Shown: piece by piece, positions 52,322 through 63,699 of the stretch
Numbering within the stretch: position 1 is the stretch's first letter
How the letters are laid out: each line of letters starts with the position of its first letter
From: Takakia lepidozioides
Lineage: Eukaryota; Plantae; Bryophyta
Assembly: GCA_030704615.1 (NCBI GenBank)
Contig: CM060733.1
Coordinates: 9,176,001 to 9,240,000 of the forward strand
DNA length: 64,000 bases
Direction: 5' to 3'
Translations under genes and position numbers: made by a program
The notes under the pieces: generated by a model
What the model was told of the DNA's origin: nothing
Database searches by the model: none
What the model saw: only the letters and a program-made list of their open reading frames with translations

Positions 52322-55300
52322 GTGGAGGTTACTGTCCTGGGAATCTTGTATGGTTGTCATGATATGTGTCTGAGGACCGAGGTGGTTTGTTCTGTGGACA
52401 ACAACATTACCCCGAGGGATTGTATTGTTGGAATGTGCAAACCTATCTGTGGTTCATTTGTTACTCGAAAATCTCCGAATTTCAAGAATGATCACCTGGC
52501 AATTTTTGAGCTGAACCCGGAGATCACAGAATGGGGCATTGTACCCGTTGGCACACCTCCGGACCATAAGTTCCGGTTCCAATACAAGATTGGTGTAGAG
52601 GTAGCCGAGCTCAAATATGCAGATGTGGTCGACGTAGAGCTGGAGATGGATGTGGAATTTCCGATGTTGGTAATGTTCATGATGGAAGATGGTAGATTTC
52701 CCAGAACGTTTGGCTTCAAACTGGAGGTACAAATTCTAAGGAAGGCCATGATGAGAGAGTCCATTCGAGCGGGGTTCACATATTGCGACGAGGGGACTCA
52801 ATTTACAGATGAAGGTTTTTGCATGGCTTGGGGTATTTTCTTGGATGTGCTTTACTTAAAGGGTAAGGAGATTGCAAAGACGCGGGAGGAGGAGGCTGCA
52901 AGAGCGAAGCCAAAGAAGGGAAAACGGAAATCCATTGACGCCGGTGGTGATGACAATGAAGCCGGTACATCAGGGGGAACGAAGAAACAAAAGGAGGAGA
53001 TGGATCCTGCGTTCATGACAGACACCAAGAAACCCAAGGCTGCAGACATATTCGACAAAGACAAGTGTGAGAAGATGCTGGAGAGGCTGGAGCAAGACTA
53101 CAAGGACATGTTTCCTTTTGGGTTTGAGGCGACCCAGGACGTCAAAGTTTCCATGATGGAGCTTGCTCCCAAGGATATGGTGTATAGGCCCCTAAATGTG
53201 AAGCACAAAGACGAAGTCAAAGCGCGTCTTTACCAGCTCCGGGTGTTTGACTCCAAACATCCAGTTTATTTGATTCCCGCAAACCCCGAGAAGCCTATGG
53301 AGGTTTCTAGTTCGAAACCTCGAAACTGGAAGGAGGTGGAAAATTCCAGATTCTTCGTCATCGGTGGACAACACACGATCATTGCTGCCAAGGTAAATTT
53401 CCCGACAAAATCCAATTTTTGTAACAACATAAACCTCCACTGGACAGTGGAGGTTCATGAACTTTAAACAACATGCTTGTTAGGTCGATATCATTTCTGA
53501 CCTTATTCAATTCTGTTGCAGGAACTTGTGCAAGACGTAGACGACGACAATCTTAAGAAGTACTACACTGACTGGCCCTCAAAGATTATATGATCAAAGG
53601 ATCTGATGAGGCTCGTGAAGCTATCTAAGCTCCTAAACGACCCGAATAAGGCGCAGAGATTTGACACAACATTTCCCGAGAAAGTTGCACATGCCCGAAA
53701 TTTCTTCGAGCTGAGGGGGAGGCCGAAAAAGTACAACGATCACACAACGAAGTCGGAGACTAGACAATGGAAGGTAAATGATTCATTGTGTTTTCCGTTC
53801 CTTTTGCTAGAGAACCAAAATATTCTCAAGCTTGGATTTAATGTGACGAACGGAGACCGCATTACGAATCAAGAGACAATACAAAAATAGCTTCATAAGG
53901 GAGGGTGCTACAATGAACGAGCGGGATGGTTCAGCATTATGTTCTCTACCTGTAACAGTTCCGCAAATGTGCCGCAAAAATACTTGAAACATCATATGAT
54001 CATGAAAACGTGATGTTGCGGAGAACGCTTCTAAAACTTTTCATGCTCATTGGGTTTTTCAAGGATTTTCTAGGTACACTCTTGGAACTATTCCTGGTGG
54101 AGAACATGAACTGATTGGACAAATTTGACTTGGAGGAGCACCGCATTCCGAAGCAGGAGACACTACAGAAAGAGCTTCAAATTACAAGGCACAACAAGAT
54201 GGACGGAGATGAATTCACAATCGAATCATCACTTGTTGTATAGTATAATTGACAAGATAGTTGTGACTATTGTTTCATCTCAAGATTAATATCAAATATT
54301 GAATGAAATGTCTAACTTTGGCCCTGATAATTTTCGTAGGAATTTATGCAAGCATGTCAACTCATACTGGAGATAAGTAGCGTGAAGGAGGCCATGGTTC
54401 TGGTTCTCTGTGACGAAGACGTATGGAACCTGTGGGAGGAGGTTTTCAAACAGTGGGAACAAGGGAAGCTTATTGATATTTTCGGGATTCAGTGCAAGGG
54501 TGAACAGCTACCGTTGAATAAAAACCGCTATCGCGAAACTGCAAGGACTTAATAGCAGGCAGTTGAAAAGAGTGGCGGAGAAAATCCTAAACATAGACAT
54601 TTGCATTCGGGGAACGAAATTCAAGGGCGCGGACAAATCCAAAAACACAATGAGCGCGTATATTGACCAAATGAAATTGTGACGGTTTATTATCGACGAT
54701 GTAATGGAAGTCTTAGGGTGGCCTCAGAGGAGCAAACAGAACCCGGAACCGTATACCAAACAAGAGTGGGGTGATGTTAAAAAAAAAATACAACTTCAAC
54801 AAAGCTGAGTTTGAAACATTTCGTGATAGGCTCGGGAACGACTACATTGTTAGCAAACAGAAGATGAATATGGAGACGCAGCCAATGACTGATGCCTTCA
54901 AGAAGTATGTCTTGTCGTGCAAGCAGATCTTTGAGGATAACTAGAATGCCCTGGCGATTCTACGCACGAGCTTCAGGTCCCATTACACACAGCTGGGGGG
55001 AAACCAGAAATTTGCTGATGCCAGATCACGGTTGGGACTTGCACCAAAGAATCGGTTCAATGACATATCCATGGTGTTCGTCAATACAGTTTGTGATGAT
55101 GACTCTGTTGTCTTCGAGACAAAGGACTACTCAAATATCTTGGATGCTTTTGTGGCTTGGCAGCTCATGTCCAGTGCTTTTGTGTTTTTCTCCACACAAA
55201 AATCATCGGGAAATCTTGTGTCATACATCTGAAATGGCCCTGGATCAAAATCGTTTATTATCCGACAGGGTTATTACATTCCCGGCGAGTTTGAATCACC

Positions 55301-55620
55301 TTATAAGAGCTGCACTACTATTTTCTCCCGGACGGTCCTCTGCCTCAACTACGTATTTCCGGCAACAGCTGAGGAGATGGTGAATCCGGACGACCACATT
55401 CAAACTGTTTTGTTATCGCCGGACCCAATTAATCCCGTTATCCAAGGACCAGATGTAGACCCGACCTTCGCAGGAGATGGAGTGCAGGACTTACAATCAT
55501 GAGCTGAGGACAGACACCTACGATTACCTGGTTTTTTTTTTTTGCAGGGACGGGATATCTTGTGTGAACATTTCGGAGGACTGGCAATGACATACGTTCT
55601 GCTTGTAAGCGGATTCTGCA
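52322..55620 (+). pseudogene. Multi-exon accessory gene with a ParB/Srx (DGQHR-like) domain; downstream exons degenerate
   Basis: 381-aa ORF with YRPLNVKHKDEV...HPVYLIP...FFVIGGQHTIIAAK, then a GT donor at 53393. Coding fragments continue at 53522, 54075, 54341 and 54892. Confidence 0.6.
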
Positions 55621-57574
55621 TCTTGGAATTGTCTGTGTTTCAGTTTTCCGGATTTAACTCTCGTATTATTGACGTTGTCGGAAAAGCGTGTTTAACCTGT
55701 GTCTGATTGTTCCATTTTGTACCTCCATTGGGCAGTGGAGGTTCATGTTATTGGAGTTGTGGGTGTTTTGGGTGTTTGTTATTCTGCGGATTGGTGTGTT
55801 TGGTAGTTGTCTCAAAAGAAAGCCTAACCCTTTCAATCTATCGATGGTTGGTGTTCGTCGGATTTATTTTGATATCATTGTTTGGTTTCATTGCAGGAAA
55901 GAAATATTCGTGTGCTCGACATAAGCTTTGTAACAAAAAAGAAATTTTGTAGAAGCAAGGTGGAGGCCTATTTCAGGACCCTCCAGATTGACAATCAGAC
56001 TATTGCAGGAGACGGAGACTCACTGCAGGATGACGGAGTGGACGAAGAAGATGATGATGAAGGACACGACAAGGATCAGGACGAGGAAATGGAGGAGAAA
56101 CAAGAAGAGGACAACGCGGAGGAGAAAGACGAAGATGAGAACATGGAAATCGTCAACGGAGTCCAGGGGCAGATGCGGCTAATGTTGGAAAGGGAAAGAG
56201 AGGGCCAGGAAATTTCACGGTTGGATAATCTAGGTAGTACTCCAAATACCCAAGAACACGTTGCGCCACAAGATGTACACAATCTGGACAGCTCTTCCTC
56301 CAGTTCCGTTAACACCACGAATTAGAATCCGGCTTCTCCAAGTGGACAAGAAGCGACATCGACGGAGTTAGTTGAAACCCTCGGTCAAGGGTTCACACCT
56401 GTGGAAGGTGACGAGCCATTGATTATGTCACCGGATCCCATTAACAATCGTCGTGAGCTGGTGTCCCAGAATGTCACCCAGGATCTGGTTCTGGATGTAG
56501 GTAACGAATGACAATTAGTGAAAGTTTATTCGTACACACTTCTGAATACACTATGACAATATTGTAATTATACATACTTGTGAGTGGAATAATCCGAATG
56601 TTATTTCCATATTACAATATTATATATAATCCCAATGTTTTTCCCATATCCGTCTTTCTGGACTTCCGAATAAAGCATATTTCCACCCGGATACATATTT
56701 CCGTTCGCACACCTTTGTGGACAGCCACTAACCGATTTGGATAACTTTTCTTGTAGATCCAAGAATCCAATTCGGAAGAAATGACACACACAAGAAAAAG
56801 ATCAAATGACACTCAAACGGTGAAGAGACACGTGGATCTGATAGTGAGGGCCAGGTCACCTGAGCCGGTTCCGCAAGTAACCTCCACTGTCCAGTTGACG
56901 TTGCCATCAAGGGACGCAGGGATTGAGTCGGAGAATCCTCCTACGCGCGGGGAAGGAGAAGAGACAGAGCACCACAATCACGTAATCCAACAACAGATCC
57001 CGATTCGGGTAAAACATTGGCTTTTTTCTTATTACTCTTATTATTGGTCTTTCAGTCTCATCTTCGGTATTGCTCAATTCGGTAATTTTGTCATCATTTT
57101 GGACCACCATAGTCGTCATCCGTGGGATTTTTTATTAATTTCCTGTAGATTCGTGAGACGACGTCTGAGGAGATCAAACACACGAGGACCGACTCCATCG
57201 ACACTGAGACAGTGAAGAGAAGAGTGGATCGAACAATTACTGCCATTCTATCTGAGCCGGTCATACAAGTTACCTCCACTGGACAGTCGAGGTTGCCATC
57301 TGGCTCCACAGAGAAGGACGATAACGTTGGACGTAGAGATGGGAAAGAGGAGGAGCAACCTGCCCAGGGATCTCAGCGGCCCACTCCAAAAACGGTAATG
57401 ATTTCAACTCCATTCTTCCGTTTATCTACTTTGGGATTTCTCAAATTGAAATTAATAATGAACTCTTCTGTTATTCCACAGGACAACATGCATTACCCTC
57501 CAGTTGACTATTCCCTTTCTGTCAATCCAAACGATCTGCATTCCCTTCCTTGGGGACCGAACGGATGCCGGCCA

Positions 57575-58291
57575 GGATACTATGTCCTGGTTCTGGACAT
57601 CGGTTATCTTTGTGAGGTTTTCCTAAAGGATGGAAAGAAAACACCTCCTGCTACCCAGCCTTGTATCTCCGCAGGGAAATTCAAGTTAGCTACGTGAAAT
57701 GGTCTTGACGAATTCGTTAAGTGGGCCGTCAAAAAGTTTGCCGTTTGTTTTTGGAACACTGGACCTGAAATGAACGTCGAGACTATCGCCAAGGCCGTGT
57801 TTGGGAAGTACTATTTCCAGGTCAGAACTTACAGCAGTGAGAATTTCGTCATGCATAGATCGACATTCAACGAAAAATAGCCCAAAGCTTCCAAAAATCC
57901 CATCTACTTTAAACGTCTTTACGACATTTTCGCTGAGGAAGACCCGACGGCTTACAAATCCAATACTCTCCTCATCGACACTGTAGACAATATGTACAAG
58001 TCCTACTTAAACCCGTTAGGACATACCATCTTCCTTCCAAAATATAAGGCGCGTGTGGACCCTGACAGGGATAAATTTCTACTGGAAGAGCTCAAGCCTC
58101 ACCTTAACATGTTCCGGTTATCGGGGATGGATGTCATGCCGTTCAACGACCTACATCCTTTCGGCGTTTCGAAGGATTTCTTCGAGGACGACCCAGCGGT
58201 CAAATTTCTTAGAGACTTTGATTATAGGTGGCAGAAGTTTCTTAGCAATCTCGAGTTGCATGCCGCTGCATTGGGACATAAAATATTTTAA
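57575..58291 (+). pseudogene. FCP1/NIF-like HAD domain, copy 1 (frameshifted, divergent)
   Basis: YVLVLDIGYLC...FVKWAVKKFAVCFWNT...ILLIDTVDNMYKSYLNP follows the NIF motif order. Confidence 0.5.
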
Positions 58292-58429
58292 CTGAGTTTG
58301 GTGAACCTCGACTGTCCAGTGGACGTTCTTGTTCACTTTCCTGGTGTCGGTTTTTCCAATGCATTGTACTGTTCCCTTTTATCATCCTAGTTATGAATGA
58401 CTCTCTGGCAGATTGGAGCACCTGTTTCT

Positions 58430-59086
58430 CCTCCTGCGCAAGGGTTGCGTTTGATTATTTTTGACGTGAATGGAGTCTTGTGCAAAATCTTGAAGCACCA
58501 GAAGAGCTACAATGTCCCCTGGTTTTCAGAATCGGACTACAGAATTCCAGCTCTTGTCGGATTCCGAAATATCGCGAAGTGTGTCTATGATGTACAAGAA
58601 CTTGCAGCCCATCCTGGATTTTTTGCTTCGTGGTCTACCTCAACCGGCCTTCGTTATGTCTCAAGAGGATTGTATTTCATGCCCTACTAATTCGGTTCAC
58701 TCTCAATTCAAATCAGGATTGGACCCTCCTCATTTGTTTTTGAAGCCACTGGTCAAGGTCTGGAAGGATTTGGTGGGCAATACACCAAGAGTAACACTCT
58801 GCTCATTGACGACACCGCCATGAAGTGTGTATTGAACCCGCCCGACTCATGTCTTGTTCTCAAACCGTTCCAGACCGTTGAGACTGATGGTTGCTATCTT
58901 CTCAAGGTTCTTCAGACCTATTTGCTTGGAATGAGGAAACATCCCACTGTTTCAAGCTATCTTAGGAAAAAAAGGATAGGGTTGAGTCTTTTTCCCCATG
59001 TTTCAAACGATCCCAAGTTTAGCCCACTCTGGGATTTTATTGAGGACAACGGTTTTAAGAGTCTCAGATATGATACTTCAAAATAA
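58430..59086 (+). pseudogene. FCP1/NIF-like HAD domain, copy 2 (frameshifted)
   Basis: LRLIIFDVNGVLC...SQEDC...FLKPLVKVW...LLIDDT...KCVLNP. Confidence 0.7.
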
Positions 59087-60301
59087 ATTATTTTTTATCA
59101 ATCCCATCTCACTCGAGCTATTGAATATCTTCATGGTTTCTCTTTTTCATTTCCTTGTAATCACACACATGAAAGATATGGTACTCTCATTTTGATTCTT
59201 TTTCAGTTGAATTCTTGACGCACATTCCGGGCAATCCCAAGACTCTGATACAGACCTTCATACGGGGACAAGACTATATCTAGTGACCTCCATTGTTCAG
59301 TGGAGGTTCGCATTCGTGCATTCCCGGATTTATGATTATGTCTCTTTGGCAGGTTCAAAGAGATGCTGACAACGTCATCGGTTCCTCAAGTCCCCTGAAG
59401 GAACCCTCCGGATCAGCTATGAGTCGGAGTATTGACGGCTTTCCGAGGGTTCACGATGGTGCTCAAATTGAGGATGGATCCACTGTCAAACCCTTGTCCT
59501 CCCGGGAAGCGGGCGACACTTTTCTCCTCTCGGGTCCTCCTGGGGGTAAAGCCCAAGGTGTAGGTGAAGAACACAAATATCCCGGAGACTTTATCGACCT
59601 TTCCCAACATTCCTCACCCTCCCTGTTTAGTACGCAGGGTCTGGTCTATCCAACCGTCGGGGACTCGGCTACGGCTCCGCTGCACCTGCTTCTGTCTCTT
59701 CCTCGCATATCTCCCCAGCACGAGGGTTGGACAGCCCAAATCCGCAGGAGTCAGGTGACTTAAACTCATTTCTCGCTCCTTGCTCATTCTCCTAGTTTCA
59801 CTTAGTTTGGGGTCTGATATTTCATCTGTCGCTCCAGGTAAGAAAATCTGCAGATTATGACCTTCCTGTCAAACGACGTCTGCATTGGAATGCAGTTCCG
59901 AGGTAAATTATTCCTTCGTTGCGTTTTCATTCCATCCAGGATGTCGAGTGCTCAAGGGACAATTTTCTGTACTTGCCTGTTGTTGTCCCTCCACTTCTCC
60001 TCTCGTTCAATGGCAAAACATCTCTAACATCGACACAGCATGACCCTGAACTGCTCGCACAATGTTCTGCACCAAAGAGGCGAAAAACAGCCCCCGAGCC
60101 ATTTCCTTCCTTTATAGGGAATCATTCCAAAGGACAAAAGGCTGACAAGAAAAAAAGAGCGGACTCCAAACACATGAGGACTCCCTCGGATGTTGTGGCG
60201 CCTCGTCAATCCAAGCCCGCGGGAATCCACTGATCTTCTGCAAGACATTCCAATAAGGCTTCAATGGTACATTTCAAAACAATTTCTCCACTTTCGTTTA
60301 C

Positions 60302-60333
<32 letters not shown>

Positions 60334-60649
60334 CTGTCCCAAACTAACTCCGTAATTACTATACAAGCGAGTATGGAGCCGCATAACTTCTTGAATGCGC
60401 CTCCCGACAAGGTGTGTCCACTAACCTCCACTTGACAGCCGACGTTCATCTTTTCGTGATCTCGAACTCTTCGATATATGGTCTACTCTTGGTCCTTTAT
60501 AGTAGTCCATTGTCGGGACACTTATGTCTCTGAAAATGTAGAGGTCACTCTGAAACTAAGAAACACTACATTGTGTTGTTTCTGACATCGGGAACACTTA
60601 AATTGCGCAGGTTGGTATCGTCCATCAACCTTCATTTGCAACATCGGGG

Positions 60650-61358
60650 AAGAAGAAACGGAGGTTGTTAATATTGAGTGTCAACGGTCTCCTTTGCTAC
60701 CGGCCACCTCCAACCGGCGGTGAATTGTTTAAGGAGAGATTTCGTTTCAGGAAAGTTACAGTTCATGTTCCCGAAAGACCTTTTGTGGTTCTCCGGCCCG
60801 GAGTCTTGGAGTTTCTCAACCTTGCGTTCATGCATTTTCACGTGGTGATTTGGTCATGTGCTGAAAGACATGTTCTTTGTAGGATGCTCGAGTGCTTAGT
60901 TCCTACGAAAATTGCGAAGAAGTTTTGCTTCATCTGGTCAGCTGAGGATTGCAAAGACACTACCGGTTATATTATGTCTGGGATGAAATATCTTGTTAAG
61001 GATATTCGCACTGTTGTTGCCAAGTACCCTGGTACACCCTTTGCAACGCAGGGACAAATACTCCTTGTTGATGATGAGTCATCCAAGGGCCTCCGAAACC
61101 CACCAAATACTGGATTCTTCCCTATTTCATACAAGCCATCACCAAAGGGATTGGTTGACCAGGATGATATGACAAAAGTTGTGTGGCCATATATATTGAA
61201 AATGGCTGCAGCTTCAACAGTCGTAGATTACATCAGCGAGAACCCTGCCAAGTGTTCTCGTAAGCCTATTGGTCGTGACCATGCCTATTGGGCTTGGTAT
61301 GGAAGATATGTTGATCCTCGTGTTTGGATCCCACAACAAAAGGAACCTGATTACCTTG
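60650..61358 (+). CDS. FCP1/NIF-like HAD domain, copy 3 (open exon)
   Basis: LLILSVNGLLC...LRPGVLEFL...VVIWSCA...FIWSAEDC...KDI...ILLVDDESSKGLRNP. Probable donor GTATGT at 61359. Confidence 0.8.
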
Positions 61359-61720
61359 GTATGTACTTATCCCACTGTTTGTTGTTTATGGAGAATTTGA
61401 TCTTGAAAGTGTCTTCCACTTGCACTTTTACTTTATCATTTTTTGTACAAATGTTCCACATTTCAGCTGACATTTGTCATATGAAAAATTGTTTTGCCCA
61501 GTCACATTCAAGGAGCGAATTCGAAAAGAAGAAAAAGAGCTTCGTGATTGGCAAGAATGGCGGGCTTCCCGGCAGGTTTCAAGGACATCAAGAGATTCAA
61601 CAAGTAGAGTTCCAAGTAACATTTCGGATGATAATGTTACTACTAGGTTCGAGTTCTCCGAAAGTATTTCCGTTTCATCTGGTGCGGAGACCGTTGCAAG
61701 TGGTTGTGGTAACCGGAGGG

Positions 61721-62223
61721 GAGTTTACCAAATTACCGAGAGTAACTGGGGAAACTGCTCGGAAGCTTCATTTGGAGGAAACTTCTCCATCAAGATATCT
61801 CCTTTGTTTAAAGATTTTTTTCCATCAAGAAACCTTTGTTTAACCTTGAAAACTTCTCCATCAATAAACCTCCATTGGGGAAGCTTCTTAGAGAACTTCC
61901 TAGTAGCCAGTATATATAGGAGGTGAGACTGAACACTCTTCAGTCTCGCCAACACCAATTCAAGCTACTCTTGTTTCCAGTTCCAGTACTCCAGCCCAGT
62001 TCCCAGTACTCTAGTCCAGTTTCCAATATCTGGTACTCCAGTCCAGTTCCAGTAGTATTCAAGTCGAATTCCAATATCTTGTACTCTTGTCCATTGTTAT
62101 AAAGATCATCTTGATTCTTGTTTACTCATCATGCATTCGTCCACACCAACCTTGACTTTTTGTCTAGTCTTGTATCTTTAGTCTGATCTCTTGTTTGTGT
62201 CAGTCATGTTCTCGTCCATGACA
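61721..62223 (+). repeat. 3' LTR of the Tf1/Tcn1-like element, missing its first ~150 bp
   Basis: Aligns with 37884-38348 and ends CTCGTCCATGACA followed by the TSD TGATC. Confidence 0.92.
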
Positions 62224-63258
62224 TGATCTTGCCTGCCTTAGCGAGCCAAAATATTGATCAGCTTTATGTGGGCTAAAGTAGGTAGTGGCTCCTAGTGGGC
62301 ATATGAGGGGGTTGGAGTAGTATGAGCGGGTGAGTTGTAGCTCTGTAGTAAGAAAATCAAGGAGGGTAGTTGGGAGTGTTGAGTGTTGAGTGTGCAGTGT
62401 TAAGTTTGCTTGTTGTTCGGGGGCATTTGGGAGGGAGATATAGCTTTCATGTAGCGTTGCAGCATTCTGGATGTTTCAAAAACAAAGGTTGCGGCTAGGT
62501 TTTGGGCATGGAGACCCTTATGTTTGGGGTTTTGTCGGAATTTGGCCCAAAGCCATATCAGTCTGTTGAGTGATATGCTTCCAACATAGAATCCTAATGG
62601 TCCGTAAATATGGGCCATGCCAGAGTGTGTTTGAATATGGGGGTCGGTTTTTGCAATGTCTTTGTCTGGGTTGCATTCCACGGTTGAGATATGGATGTTC
62701 GTCAAGTTTCTTGGGGGGCGTCTGTAGCAATTGTCCTTGGGCTGTAGTTCTGTAGCATGTTGCTGGTGGGTATATGTTAGATATGTGGTATTGGTGCGTC
62801 TGTGGTAGTCGATGACTGTTTGTATGTTGCGCTCTAGGTCATGATAGTGAATATGCAGGCCAAATAGTTTGTCGTCGGGCTCCCAAGTACGGTTTTTATC
62901 TGGCCGGTTTTTCCATTTGCAGTGGTATAGTGTGGTTGTGTGTGGTGCCCCATATTGGTCTGTTTGTGTCTGTCGGGTTATCCCATGGATGTCCTCCAGT
63001 TCATGGGTATTAGATGAACTGGCCTCTATGGTGGTGAGGGGCATGTTAAGTGTTGCTGGTGTGTTGTTAGGTGTTTGTGGTTGTCCATTGGCGGGTGGGT
63101 GTGGGTGCGTAGGGGGATTGGGAGTTCGCGTCAATATCATGAGTCGTGACTGTGTGCGTGCAGAGCGGTATTGTGGTAGTAGTTGTAGTGGGTGGTGGGG
63201 GCAGTTTGGGGGGCATGTAGCAGAGCATGACGGGGTGTTGTGACTGCATGATATTGAG
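62224..63258 (-). mobile_element. Upstream portion of the same LINE (5'-truncated) with a chromodomain-like motif
   Basis: Same strand and composition as 35.7-37.7 kb. ORF 63272-62400 contains YHCKWKNRPDKNRTWEP. Confidence 0.75.
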
Positions 63259-63697
63259 CATGTGATTGTCAATATTGACGGTCACACGCATGTAAAAAAA
63301 ATTGAAAAAAAAATTGAAAAAAAAAAAACATGCGACCACCAATACTGACGGTCGCACTTATTTCAAAAAAATCAGGAAAAATAATAAAAAAGCTGTAATC
63401 GCCAATATTAGTAGTCGCACACCTTTTTAAAAATTGAAAAAACATGTGGCTGCCAATAATGGCGGTCGCATATATTTTAGAAAAATAAAAAAAACATGCA
63501 TCTGCCACCAGCATTATTGGCGGTCGCACACATTTACAAAACTAGAAAAAAAAACAAAAAAGCATGCGACCACCAATATTGGCGATCGAACGTCTTTTAA
63601 AAATTGGAAAAACATTCGATCGCCACTATTGGCAGTCGCATGCATTTAAAAATAAAATAAAAATAAAACATATGACCATTAATATTGGCGGTCGAAT
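63259..63697. repeat. Array of eight GCGACCRCCAATATTGGCGGTCGC-type palindromes with A-rich spacers
   Basis: Copies at about 63261, 63331, 63395, 63446, 63500, 63565, 63617 and 63673. Confidence 0.88.
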
Positions 63698-63699
63698 GC

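Larger units (their letters stand above)
40402..61720. mobile_element. Large (at least 21 kb) DNA-transposon-like element with a DDD transposase and accessory genes; right end apparently deleted
   Basis: Sharp junction in the RT at 40401/40402 and in the 3' LTR at 61720/61721, internal transposase, and a segment-specific dispersed palindrome. Confidence 0.75.
37735..62223 (+). mobile_element. Tf1/Tcn1-like (chromovirus-type) Ty3/Gypsy element inserted in the LINE and carrying a 21-kb internal insertion
   Basis: TGTCAC...ATGACA termini, 5-bp TSD GGATC/TGATC (4/5 match), homologous LTRs at both ends, and LINE sequence continuing on both flanks. Confidence 0.9.

Noticed and set aside
61359-61843. 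C-terminal part of the 392-aa ORF 60665-61843 as real protein
   Set aside because: It reads through a probable intron and then across the junction into the 3' LTR.
63259-63697. CRISPR-like array of palindromic repeats with spacers
   Set aside because: The repeats are degenerate, the spacers are low-complexity A-tracts, there are no cas genes and the context is eukaryotic TE DNA.
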